Below, piece by piece: positions 52,351 to 64,000 of a stretch of 64,000 nucleotides of DNA. Source of the DNA: Ginglymostoma cirratum (Eukaryota). Made by a program: the position numbers and the translations under genes. Position 1 is the stretch's first letter. Every line of letters begins with the position of its first letter. The stretch covers positions 15,203,873 to 15,267,872 of the forward strand of contig JAHRHZ010000076.1 in assembly GCA_024137785.1 (NCBI GenBank), written 5' to 3'. The notes below the pieces were generated by a model. That model did not search any database and was not told the origin of the DNA. It worked only from the letters and a program-made list of their open reading frames with translations.

Positions 52351-55000
52351 TTGCTCCATTTATTGTACTCATGATATAATAGATTAATGATCTGGAGATA
52401 TGATTTAAATTCCATTAGAGAATCTGGAATTTTAAATTCAGGCAATTAGATTAATTTTCAAAAAAGTGTCAGCAACAATGCCCAATAAACAATGATACTG
52501 TTGAAACAAACGCCCTTACCAGGAGGAAGTCTGCTGTCATTACTGAGTTTGGCCTATATGTGATTTTGGATCCACAGCAATAGCCACCCTATAAAAATTC
52601 CAACAGCTATTCAAAATGAAACACTTCCCACTACACTGAGAGAACCTGCACCACGCATTACACCACACCCTCCACCTCCCCCCCACCACCCCTGCTCCCC
52701 TCACCAGCAAAGGACTATTAACACCACTTTCTGCTGGACAATACAAAGCAGCCTTGTCAGTGTGACTAAATTTACAAAAAATGAATTCCCAACTGGGACA
52801 ATCTCTGAGTTCTGTAAAATGAACAAATGAGAGAATATGACAAAGTTATGCATACTTTGGAACTGTCAATCCATCTTTTAATGTTTTTGCCTATCACATA
52901 AATTCGGGAGAGATCTATGGTAATCTATTTGTTGATGATGTATTACATTTGGAATTGCCTGGGATCTAATGCTACTCACTGCCTTGAAAATAGATTAACT
53001 ACTGGGAGCAGTGATTCCTGGTGACTCGATGAATACTGTTTTTATTGCCCATCTTCAAGAGAATTGGAAACTATTGACTGGAATATACAGGCTGCATTTA
53101 ATCCCAGTCTTGACAGTTTAATGAATCATAGATACTTGCATTGCAAATGGAGCCCATTCAGTTTATACTGTGTGTTTTGTCTAGCCATTTGGAAGTGCCA
53201 TTAGATTAGACACACCTCTATTATTTCGTCATGGCTCTTCAAACCTATTTAGCATTGAACAATTTATCTAACACAATTGAATTAACACCCACCCCATCTC
53301 TGACAGCATTCTACAACACAAAAGCTTTACTGTTCAAGTTGTTCATGTCTCTTCTTCTTTTTTAGCCAATTACATTTTAATTAGAGATAGTAGGAACTGC
53401 AGATGCTGGAGAATCTGAGATAACAAGGTGTAGAGCTGGATGAACACAGCATGCCAAGCAGCATCAGAGGAGCAGGAAGGCTGACATTTTGGGCCTAGAC
53501 TCTTACATGAAAAAGGTCAAACTCAGAATTGCGAGCAAGAGAGCATTCTACGCTCTATTACCTTTGGTTAAAAAATGACTGCCAGTGCAAACATTTCCTT
53601 TGTATTTACTCTAGTAAACTATGCATGACTGTCAAACAGCTGCATTAAATCTTTCTTTAACTTCTCCTGCTCTAAGGAGAAAAATTACAACTCAGTTCTC
53701 ACTCCAGAACGGAAATGTCCCCATCCCTGATTTCATCCTCATCATTCTGCACACATTCCTCCTGTCCCATAATTTGAAAATACACACTTCTGGCTGCTTG
53801 CCATTTTAATGCTGCACCTTTCTCGAAATTCTGAGTTTGACCTGTTGCGTGCTTAATTGAAATTCAATACAAGCTCAAAGATTAGCACTTTATTTTCCTA
53901 TTAAGCACTTTACAGCCTTCGGGCCTCAATATTGACTTGAAAAATTTCAGAACTCTGTTCCCAGTTTTGGTTCTGATTTAATTCCACATGTCAGTCTGAT
54001 AAAAGTTTTCCTTGTATTTGTTTTTGGAGCCAGCTGTTCATTGTTCCATTATTCATACTAACTGTAGCTGAATGTTTTGTTTCATCTCGACAACCATGAC
54101 CAATCCTTTTGCTGTTTGTTCTGTGGCATCTTTGGCATTAGCCTCTTCTGACTTTGACCCAAGCCCAGACCTTCCTTTTGCTTCTCCTCTGTTCCCTCAA
54201 TTCCCTTTCCTCAGTGGCATTAAACATGAAGTCTGAAGAAGTGTTATATTTAACTAAAAACAATAATTCTGTTTCTCTATCCACAGGTAATGCCAGGCCC
54301 ATTGAGTATTGCTGCTTTTATTTTTCATGATTGAATAATTTTCTCAAGATGAATAACTGCAAAGAATAAGGCAAGATGTGAGGTCGATGCACTAAGTAAG
54401 TTTTTCTTCCAAATTGGCAGCAAACACAGGTTCAATGGCTCCTCGTTATACCATAGCCATTCTATAACTCAGTAAACTAGGGAAAAGAACATACATACAT
54501 CACTATTTCCTGCTTTCTAACATGTAGACAATTTATTTACCATGCAGCCATTGTGAATTTAATTCCATGGTTTTCAATTTGGACAACAAGTCCATTTGAT
54601 TCCTTAGCAAATGCCTTTTGGAAATCTGCAGCGAGAATATGAACACTATTTGTCATGTCAAGTCATTCCAATATTTCAAAGACACTGCTTAATTACATAC
54701 AAAGTTGGCTACCCAATGACAAAGTCTACTGCACCATTCATTAATATCGTGGCTGATTTGATTACTCCTCATTCCAGTCTACCACCAACAATGTTTCACC
54801 CCCTTGCTTATGAAAAATCTATCAACCTCTGCATTCAAAATGTTCAGGTACTCTGTTTCCACCACCATGTAAGGAAGTGTGTTTCAAAGACCAGTGATCA
54901 CATGTGAAGGAAAAAAAAAGGTCTCCTTACTTCTATCTATATTAATGGCCCCTTATGTTTAAACATTGATCCCTAGTTCTAGGTTTTCCTACAATTGGGA

Positions 55001-55643
55001 TGTTATAGACCAGGCCACACTCATGGGAATATATTAAGAAGACAGCCTAGATCTAACTTTTTCTTATTTCAAATGTAAATATGAGGTCCTGTATTCCATG
55101 GGCAATATGATTGGTCAAACCACTCAATGTTAAGCAAAATGCAATTTATTCACACACTATGTTAAAATACAAGAAAAATGAACTTGGAAATACTTAACTC
55201 TATTGGAAAACTTAACATAACAATAGGTTATTTTACCACTAACCAGTAAGCATTTTAATCTAGTAACTTCCCATAAACATTCCCTTGGCAAAAGGCAAAT
55301 TCAGAAAACAGATTTTCTCATATGCATTTCTCCAACCCAGGAGGAAAAAAGATGTCAAAAGACAATTCTGAGAGGAGAGAACTCCAGCTTTCAGCTGTAA
55401 TAAATAGAGTGGCAGCATTTCACAACCTCAGCAGCTTCTGCCACTGAAAGAACTAAAAGTCCTGGTTCTGTCAGAGCTCAACCAGACACATTCAGGTTGC
55501 TTCTATTGTTCCAACATTTTAATAAAGTCTCAGGGCTTCACAAGTTGCTTCTCCTCTCATAGACTGCTCACTACCTGTCCCCTAATGTCTCTCTAAAAGA
55601 AACCAACATAAAACACTCTTCTTAAAGCCACAGTATTGTCACA
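55001..55643. mobile_element. Solo-LTR-like element inserted in a CR1 3' fragment
   Basis: TGTTAT...TGTCACA termini; similar to 1085-1690; interrupts CR1-like sequence. Confidence 0.55.
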
Positions 55644-56799
55644 GCCAACATCTTTTCTACATCCATTTTGTCAAGATTTCTAAGGATCTTGTATATGTCA
55701 AACAGTTGCCGCTTACTCTTCTAAACTGCAGCCAACACAAAGTAACTTTCTTAATTATTTCATTCATGATTTAGCTTCGTCCATTGCTCTACTATCTGCA
55801 GTGAAACTTCAAGTCATTTCTTTATAAAGACTTCAAAAACTTAACTTCACATGTTTTCTACTGATTGTATATCAATATGTTGGTCTAGGATTAGTAATAA
55901 CTTCTTATTCTAAGATAATATAACTTCAAACTCCTTTTCGTAGGAGTGCTGCTTGGCATATTTAACTCCATCAAGTGACTTCTGCACACTTCAGACCATG
56001 ATACATGCTCTGTCATGAATGACTTCCCGGCACAGGCTAAAAACAAACGTCAGAGTTTCAAATGTTCTTACCCTACATTCTGCAGCAACTCTTGGTCACC
56101 TCCTCTCACTTAGAATTCTGGCTATTTAATTTTCAAAAGTTAATTGCTAACACAAACAAACCTACATTTTTAAAGTTAGATTTCTAAGAGCTGAAACTTG
56201 CAGCATGTCCTATGATAATACGTACATAAATCTGTTTTAACACCTGCCAAATTGCACAGTTTTATACTTTGCCGCATTACATTCCATTTCCTAGATTTTG
56301 CCACATTCTTCACCTACTCTAAATCCCTTTTTGACCTGCTTATGCCATCTTCACAATTTAGTTTCCTAGCTGTATCTAAACATTTGTGTGACACAATTTC
56401 TCTTCACCAAATCCAATGTGGCATTTATTATTTGCCTATAGATTTTAAGAGTTACATTAATTTGTTATCAGGTTAATGGCTTTAAAAACTTAAACACTGC
56501 TGTTAGACTGACTGACCTATGACTACATATTTATCCTTCTCCCCATTTTTGAACTCAAATGGAATAGTGGTATTTGGTTGGCACTTCTCCCATCTCTAAG
56601 ACATTTTGGAAAATTGTTGCCAGAGCCTTTTAATTTGATGATGTCAGGAATCACTCCTTCATACAAAGGGAAGTGTCAATCTGTAAATCTGACCCCCAAC
56701 ACCACTCAAAGAAAGCTGTGCTGTTAGGGGTCAATTGACACTTCCCGGTCAATATCAATACTTGTCAGATTGTGGTATAATGAGTAAAAGAGGGCAAAT

Positions 56800-58770
56800 G
56801 GAGCTCAACAACTTAGCAGCAGCAGAATTGTACTCAAACATAATCTGCAACCTCATACTTCAACATATTCGCCGCTACACCATTACCATCAGATTAGGGG
56901 AAAATCTATGGGAAGTGTGCAGGAGGTTATGCCAAAAAAAAACACAATGAAGATCTAAAAATGGGGTATCAACCTTGTGAAGCAACAACACAGGATTTCC
57001 TTCCTAACAAACAGCATATGCAGTGCGTGATCAATAAACCTAAGTGGTTCCATAACCAACAGATCAGAGTTAAGCTGTGCAGTCCCAACATGTCAAGTTG
57101 TGAGTGGTGGTGGACAATTAAACAATTCTGTGGAGGAGGAGATTCCACAAATATTTCCATCTTCAGTGATTGAAGAGACAAGTATGTCACTGCAAAAGAC
57201 ATGCCTCAGACATTTATAAGAATCTGTTTTGCTTCACCCCATTTAATTCACATTGTGTGGTATGAAAAAATGACTGAAGGCACTGATATTGCAGAGTCTA
57301 TTGTCCCTGACAGTAAACTGTGAATAGTACTGAAATTATTTACTCCAGAACTTGCTGCACCCTTAGTCAAGCTTCTCTAGTGCAGCTGTAACACTAGTGT
57401 CTCATCAAAAGTGTGGGAAATTGCCCAGGTATGTCATATGCCCAAAAAGCAGGACAAATCCAATTCTATCAATTATCAACTTCAATAGTTCTGCTGTTGA
57501 TCATAAGTAAAATGATGGAAAAGGTGATCAACAATACAATCAAGTCAGACATGCTGAGAGATAGTTTGATCACTGACCCTTAGATATTGTTCCAACAGAA
57601 CCACTTATCTCCCAACCTCATTAAAGCCCAAGTCCAAAATCAAACAATAAATCTGAATACTGGAGGGGAAATGACAGTGATGGCTTCTGATACAAGGGTG
57701 CATTACATGTGGCCTAAATGAATCCTAATAAAATTTCAGTCAATGAAGAAAACACTCTGATGGGTGTTGGAAGTCAGATGAGGGTTAATGAGTCTAGTTA
57801 GCAATAAATGAGGGCACAGCTGGCTGCACTGGACTGTGAAAAGGAGTTCACCAACAAAGGCAGTTGAGAAACAATGGCAGATATTTAAGAAAATACCTCA
57901 TGTCTTTCAGCAAAGGTATATCCCAGTGAGGGAAAAGATTTGAAGAAAAAGATACAGCAACCATTGTTAAGAAGGGAAATTAAGTATTATGTTAGAAAGA
58001 AAAATAATACAATATGGCAAAGATTAGTTATAAGGCAGAGGACTCAGAACATTTTAGAAATGAACAGAACATGACCCAAAGATAGGAAAGAGGGAGAAGA
58101 TAAACTTTCAGGACAAACTTGCAAGTAACATCAAGAAGGATGACAAGAACTCCTTTTAACAGATACTAAAAGGAAGACAGAATCTAAAGTGAACATAGGG
58201 CCTGAAAGAATGAAGCTGGGTCAATAATAATCATGAACCAGGAAATGGCAGGGGAGTTAAATGAATACATTTCATCAGTCTTCACAGTAGAAGGCACAAC
58301 AGCATCCCAAATTTACTGAATATTTGAGGTGCAAATGGAGAGGAAGTAATTAAAACACCGATCACTAAAGAAAAGGTGCGAGGGAAATTAATAGGACTAA
58401 AGAATGAAAGGTCCCCTGGACCCCATGGGATGCATGCCAGGATATTAAAGGAAGCAGCTGTAGAGTGTGCATACACTGACAATAATCTTAGAAGAATCCT
58501 TAGATTTTTGAAACAGTTAAAGAAATGTGATACCTTCATTTAATAAAGGAAGGAGATAAGAAAACAGGTAACTGTGGGACAGTTACCTTAATGTCTGGTA
58601 CTGGGGAAATGCCAGAGTCTGTTCTAATGGATGTAGTAGCAGAACCTTTGGATATACATAATACGATTATGCAAAAGCAGCATGATATCATGAAGAGGAA
58701 GTCATGCCTGAAAAATTTAATAGAATTCTTTAAGGAGTTAACGAGCAGAATAGATACAGGGGAAGCCATG
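56800..58770 (+). mobile_element. Composite LINE fragments paralogous to 13380-15300
   Basis: Same two-element junction (GGAAGTCAGATGAGGGTTAATGAG at ~57770 versus GGAAGCTAGATGAAGGTTAAATGAG at ~14325). Confidence 0.7.
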
Positions 58771-58924
58771 AAAGCAAAATTCCCACAACAATATGTTTGA
58801 CTCTTATCTGCCTTCTGGGCAATTAGGGATTGGCAATAAACTGGGAAGACGATGGCCTAGTGGTATTTTCACTGGACTGTTAATCCAGAGACACAGATAA
58901 TGTTCTATCGACTTGAGCTCGAAT

Positions 58925-60080
58925 CTTTCCCCTCTCACCTTGAACCTATGCCCTTTTGGACTCCCCTACTGTGGGAAAATGATCTCGACTGTTCATCCTA
59001 TTCATGCCTTTCATGATTTTTAAAGCTCTATAAGCCTCTGATGATCCGGGGAAAATAGCTCTGGCCTATTCAGACTTTTCCTATAGCTCAAACCTTCCAA
59101 CCCTGCCAACACCCTTGTAAATCTTTTCTGAACCTGTTCAAGTTTCACATCTCTCCTATAGCAGGTAGACCTTAACTGAACATAATACTCCACAAGAGGC
59201 CTAATCAATGTTCTGTACAGGCACAACATGATGTCCCAACTCCTATACTCAATGCACTGACTGATAAAGGCAAGCACACCATATGCCTTCTTCAGTACCC
59301 TGTCTACCTACAACTGCACTTTGAAAGAAATAAGAAGATGGACTGCAAGGTCTCTTTGATCAACAACAGTCTCCAGAACCCTATCATTAGGTGTAAAAGT
59401 CTCGCCATGATTTCTCTCCCAAAATGTAGCATCTCACATTTATCTAGATTAAAATCCATCAGCTATTCCTTGGCCTATCAGACCATCTTATCAATGTTCC
59501 ATTTTACTCTGTGGTAACCTTCATCACTGTCCAGTACACAATCAATTTTGGTATCATCTGCAAACTTACTGACCATAAATCCTATATTCACATCCAAATC
59601 ATTGATATAAATGACTAAAAGCAGTGGACCCAGCACTGATCCTTGTGGCACACCGCTGGCCCAGTCCAAAAAGCAACTCTCCATGACCACGCTCTGTCTC
59701 CTACCTTTGAACCAGTTATGTATCCAAATAGCTGGTTCTCCCTGTATTCCCTGTGATCTAACCTTGTTAACCAGTCTACCATGTAGAACTTTGTTGACCA
59801 CCTTAGTGAAGTCCATACAGACAACGTCCATGGCTCAGCCTTCATCACTTATCTTACTCACTACTTCAAAGTCTCAATCAAGTTAGTGAGACATGATTGC
59901 CCATCCACGAAGCTACATCAACTATCCGTAATCAGTCCTTGTCTTTCCAAACGCATGTACATCCTGTCCTTCAGAATCCCCTGCCACAACTTGCTCACCA
60001 CTGATATCAGGTTCACCAGTCTATTGTCCCCTGGATGTTCCTCACCACCATTCTTATCTAATGGCACCACAATATTGGGT
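58925..60080 (-). mobile_element. CR1 RT and 3' fragment
   Basis: SGVPQGSVLGPLLLVIYINDLD and SKFADDTK. Confidence 0.9.
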
Positions 60081-60299
60081 AAGATGGTAAAGCATATCAT
60101 GTGGAATATAATGTGAGATAATTTTTTTTGTTTTTACCTTCTAAACGTTTTGCGCAGTCTTGTTTTCCTATTCAGTGAAGTCATACAAAACAATGAAAAT
60201 GCAGCTTAATTGGAGCAATTATTTCATAAGCAATACATGCTAATTATATTGATGCATTTTAATATGGATCGAAACGTATTTTGTTATCAAAGTTTATTT

Positions 60300-61060
60300 T
60301 GTGTAATGTGCACCACAGACCCACAGCAGAGGTTGCAGTGTACGTGCACTCAACGTTGTTAAGGTGGGTGTATGAGCATTTGGACCCAGTGATAGTGAAA
60401 AACATTATTATGGTTCCAGTCAGTTCAGTGTGGGGAGGTCTTGTACCTATTACCTTTGCCTTTCTAGAGATCATGGGTTTAAGAGATGAACCATGGTGAA
60501 TAACTGCAGAGCATCTTGCAGATGGTACACTGTGCAACCGTTGTATGTTAATTTTGAAAAGTGATGAATGGAGTTCCAATTAAGTGGACTGTTCTTCCTT
60601 GGATGGTGTTCAACTTCTTGAGTGTTATTATAGCCACTCTCATCCAGGCAACTGTAGACAATTACGCCATTCTGCTGCTGGGTGAGTTGTATTTTGGGCA
60701 GGCTTTAGGGAGTAAGGAGTTGAGTTTTTTCCACAACATACCCAGGCTCTGGCCTTGTCTTTTAACCACAGAGTTTACATAGTTGCCCAGTTAGTTTTGT
60801 GTTCAATGGTAGCCCCCAAGATGTTGATGGTGTTGGTCTTAGTGATGCAGTCGAATGTCACAGGGAGGTGCTTAAATTCCGTTATGTTGCAGATGTTCAT
60901 TGCTTCATGCTTGTGTGAACTTCTTAGCTCAAGCCTGAATGTTGTCCAGATTCTGCTACATATAGAGATAAACAGATTCAATTTCTGATGAATCATGAAT
61001 GATCGTGAGCATTGCAATTATCAACAAATATTCTTATTTCTCATCTTATGATGGAGGGAA
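60300..61060 (-). mobile_element. CR1/L2-group LINE fragment
   Basis: Reverse-complement similarity to 45850-46600. Confidence 0.6.
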
Positions 61061-62304
61061 CTGATGAAGCAACACCCTGCTGGCCTCCCATTCAACAGAT
61101 GCATCAATTGAGAACAGAGTATCATCATCAACTGGAGGTTTCCCAACCATCTTTCATCTGACTGCCTGAAAATCCATGTTAGAGATGAAGTTTCTAATGG
61201 CAGATGTAGTGCAATGGTGGTGCCCTTATCTCTGGACCAGGAGTTCCATCTTCAAGTTCTGCCTGCTCCAGAGGTGTGTCTAAACATATCTGAACTGGTT
61301 AATTTAAAAATATCTGGATGAAATTTCATGGGTTTCAGTGTTAACATTTAGATATCCTGCCAATCTGTTCTTCCCTGTGCAGGCAAGTTGATGGTTGAGA
61401 TTGGGACTGTTTTTAAGGTATTATCTGTCGGTCCATTTATTGAACAGTCTATGGATACAGGATCCCAGGTGTGAGTGAGAGGTATCTTGCAATACCTAAT
61501 GCTCGGGGAGATGGATTCTCCTGTTTTATTCTTAATTGACTTCTCTGCAGCAGCTCATACACTCCTTTGGCTTGTTGAGGCTGCCCAGGAAGCAATCCTA
61601 CTGCTGTTTGAAACGTCTCACACATAGGATGGCAGGTTTGACTACTTGTTATGTGTAAATTCAATTGGTGTTCAAGGAAATCCAGTAGTTTCATTGTATT
61701 ACTGAATCTAACTTTTAAAAACGTAATCCCTCAACCACCGTAGCGGGTGTGAATTTATATCCAGCGTCTTAGTCCAGGGGTCTAGATTACGAGTATTCTA
61801 ACATTATCCCAACAATATTCCTTCCAGTTTGCGGTTGCGGATCCACGGTTGGTATCTGGAATTAGATCACACGCACGCCATGAATTCATTTTATGTCGGA
61901 ACAGACTCTCAGCGCTGAATGGCCTCCGTTGTTCCAATTTTTTGGAAGTGACTGCAATACATTGGATGTGGTTTGTTAGTTTAGGTGGCATATTCGCTGA
62001 TGATCGTTTAACAACGGGAGGCTTTGAAACCCATTTTTAGGTTTTCTAAAAGATGAAAAATGAGCGGTAGTGGGTGAATTGTTACATCCAATTATAGAAC
62101 AATCAGATCGTCTTAATTAGATTTCACAGGATGAGCAAAATCATTTTATTCTCCCGAGTTTAACAACACAGTGCAAAGGACGTCGTGAAAACAATGAATT
62201 GCCTGTGGAACTGAGCGCGGAGTTTAAAGCTGGTGAAACTCTCCAAATGCTGCACCTGTCGCTTGTGTGATAACAGCTTGCAAACGATCAGCAGGAAGGC
62301 GATC

Positions 62305-62343
62305 GCTTTTTGCGCGGGTTCCCCCTGACTTTCTGTCACTGTG
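62305..62343 (-). promoter_or_regulatory. 23-RSS
   Basis: CACAGTG - 23 nt - GCAAAAAGC. Confidence 0.93.
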
Positions 62344-62792
62344 AGCCCAGAAAGCACAGTAATAGACCCCAGAGTCATCCTCCTTGATATTCCTCATGAG
62401 CAAGCTGCATGTTTTGGTCTCAGAATTTTTTTCAGCAAGTACTGTTATGTCGGCGATATCGGACTGAGTTTCAGACGGATTCTTGAAATATAAAATGCGC
62501 TGTATCCGTTGACCCGGGATGTGCCGGTACCAGTGGATAACCGTATTGTCGAAGTCTCTCCCTTCATACTTACAGTCCAACCAAATTGTGTTCCCCGGAG
62601 CTCTGATCATTGACATTGGAGACTGAGTCAATGTTTGACCAATAGATTTCCCTGCCGGTGAAAAAGATTGCAAATCAAGTTATTTGTGAATACAGAGATC
62701 ACAGAATGTTGAACAATGGAAGTAAGCAATTGGAACCTACTGTACTGACCGAGGAGAGAGATTAGAAAAATCGCAAGGATGTGGCCCTTCAT
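62344..62792 (-). CDS. TRGV: TCR gamma V segment, family A copy 3, intact
   Basis: Leader 62792-62750 (MKGHILAIFLISLL, GT). V exon 62651-62344: GKSIGQTLTQSPMSMIRAPGNTIWLDCKYEGRDFDNTVIHWYRHIPGQRIQRILYFKNPSETQSDIADITVLAEKNSETKTCSLLMRNIKEDDSGVYYCAFWA. Confidence 0.92.
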
Positions 62793-63147
62793 GATGATGT
62801 GGTCAACAAGAAACTGTATTCCATTTGGTAAAAGTCCTCAAGAGGTCAGTGCAAATACCGGAAAGATGTCATTCGGTTTTACCCAATGCTGAATCTTCCT
62901 GTGGCCTCAAGAATGACGTTCCGTTGAATGGGTGGGCGTTTTCACCTTGTTATTGACAGTTTCACTTCAATCCACCCGTCACCTCAACCGTGTCGTTCTG
63001 TCTCTATTGCAAGTGTTGATCGCTAACCGCGTAAATTGCTTTCCACTTTTGCCCCAGACTATCTCTCTTGTAGGTTTCGCTGTGTTTCCTTGTCCATTCC
63101 AAAAGCTCAATTGAAAATAACATTAAAGATCTAGTTTTTTGTATTTT

Positions 63148-63435
63148 AGAGTCATAGAGATGTAGAGCATGGAAACAGACTCTTCGGTCCAACTCGTCCG
63201 TGTCGCCCAGATATAGTAAATAAATCTAGTCCCATTTGCCAGCATTTGGCCTAAATCTCTCTAAACCCTTCCAATTCATATACCCATCCAGATGCTTTTT
63301 AAATGCTGTAATTGTACCATACTCTACCACTTCCTCTGGCAGCTCTTTCTACAAACGCACCACCCTCAGCGTGAAAAATTTGCCCCTTAGGCCCCTTTTA
63401 AATCCTTCCCCGCTCACGTTAAACCTATGTCCTGT
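63148..63435 (-). mobile_element. CR1 3' end private to unit 3
   Basis: TAGAGTCATAGAG tail; absent at paralogous 16470-16490 and 36350-36370. Confidence 0.75.
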
Positions 63436-64000
63436 AGTTTACTTATTCAGAGATTTATCGCACACCTCTGGGCCAGAAGGGATTGAACTCAGATCTCATG
63501 GTGCAGATGCAGGGCACCGCAAGAATCTTTAAATCTACCTTTCCTATTCCCGTGACGATTTTGGACAACTGAAAGAAGGTTTCTCTGCCTCGTCCCAAAC
63601 CCTGCCAGAACCTACAGCCGAAAATCCCTCCATCTTTGTGCGTAGGTCAAACCGCGAACACTGAAAGCTGTCTTATGACATCTCTGTTATCAGCCCCAGT
63701 TTGTCTTGTGTGGGTGACCAGAGATGGAAACATTACTCGATCCGGTCTGACCAGAGGCCCTTGCAGGTTTTCCGTTGCCTCCTCTAACTCGCTATCATTC
63801 CACCGACTTTCAGAGCAATAAGTCAATTGCCAATACACACGCACCCGAAATGTTAACTTTTTTTTTCTTCACAGATGCTGCCAGGCCTGCTGAGCTTTTC
63901 CAGCAACTTTATTTTTGTTCCTGATTTACAGCATCCGCAGCTAATTCGGTTTTTTATAGTCAGTTGCCAATGCTGTTTGCTGTAGTTGACGATTGTGTAT

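Noticed and set aside
15675-62792. Ig lambda-like light-chain locus (also 23-RSS and CxxW)
   Set aside because: No J or C interspersed as in shark IgL clusters; IHWY/RILY motifs fit TCR gamma better. Not formally excluded without phylogeny.
1-64000. Prokaryotic systems (CRISPR arrays, operons, IS elements)
   Set aside because: Sequence is vertebrate; no regularly spaced repeat-spacer array or gene-dense region.

Overview
Eukaryotic, repeat-rich genomic DNA, most likely from a cartilaginous fish (inferred from the CR1, Penelope-like and DeuSINE/SacSINE1-like repeat content). The window covers part of the V-segment array of an antigen-receptor translocon, best read as T-cell receptor gamma. 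I find 11 V segments, all on the minus strand: 7 structurally intact (leader exon, GT-AG intron, open V exon, 23-bp-spacer RSS) and 4 pseudogenes. Five of the 11 are absent from the ORF track or only partly captured. They fall into six families: two single-copy segments at the left (presumed J-proximal) end, then a tandemly repeated four-gene cassette A-B-C-D / A'-B'-C'-D' / A''. No D, J or C segment was found; orientation predicts J-C lies left of position 1. Most interesting observations: a ~2.76-kb tract with no visible differences inside an otherwise diverged duplication; clustered tandem substitutions in CDR1 between two paralogs; a mosaic V gene; an RSS disabled by a fold-back duplication; an atypical orphan V; an apparently intact minimal hammerhead ribozyme in a Penelope-like insertion; and a tRNA-headed LINE whose two ends make up a SINE found nearby. 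All alignments were done by eye. V and RSS coordinates were counted base by base; repeat boundaries are approximate. I cannot establish that any of this is a previously undescribed system without database searches.
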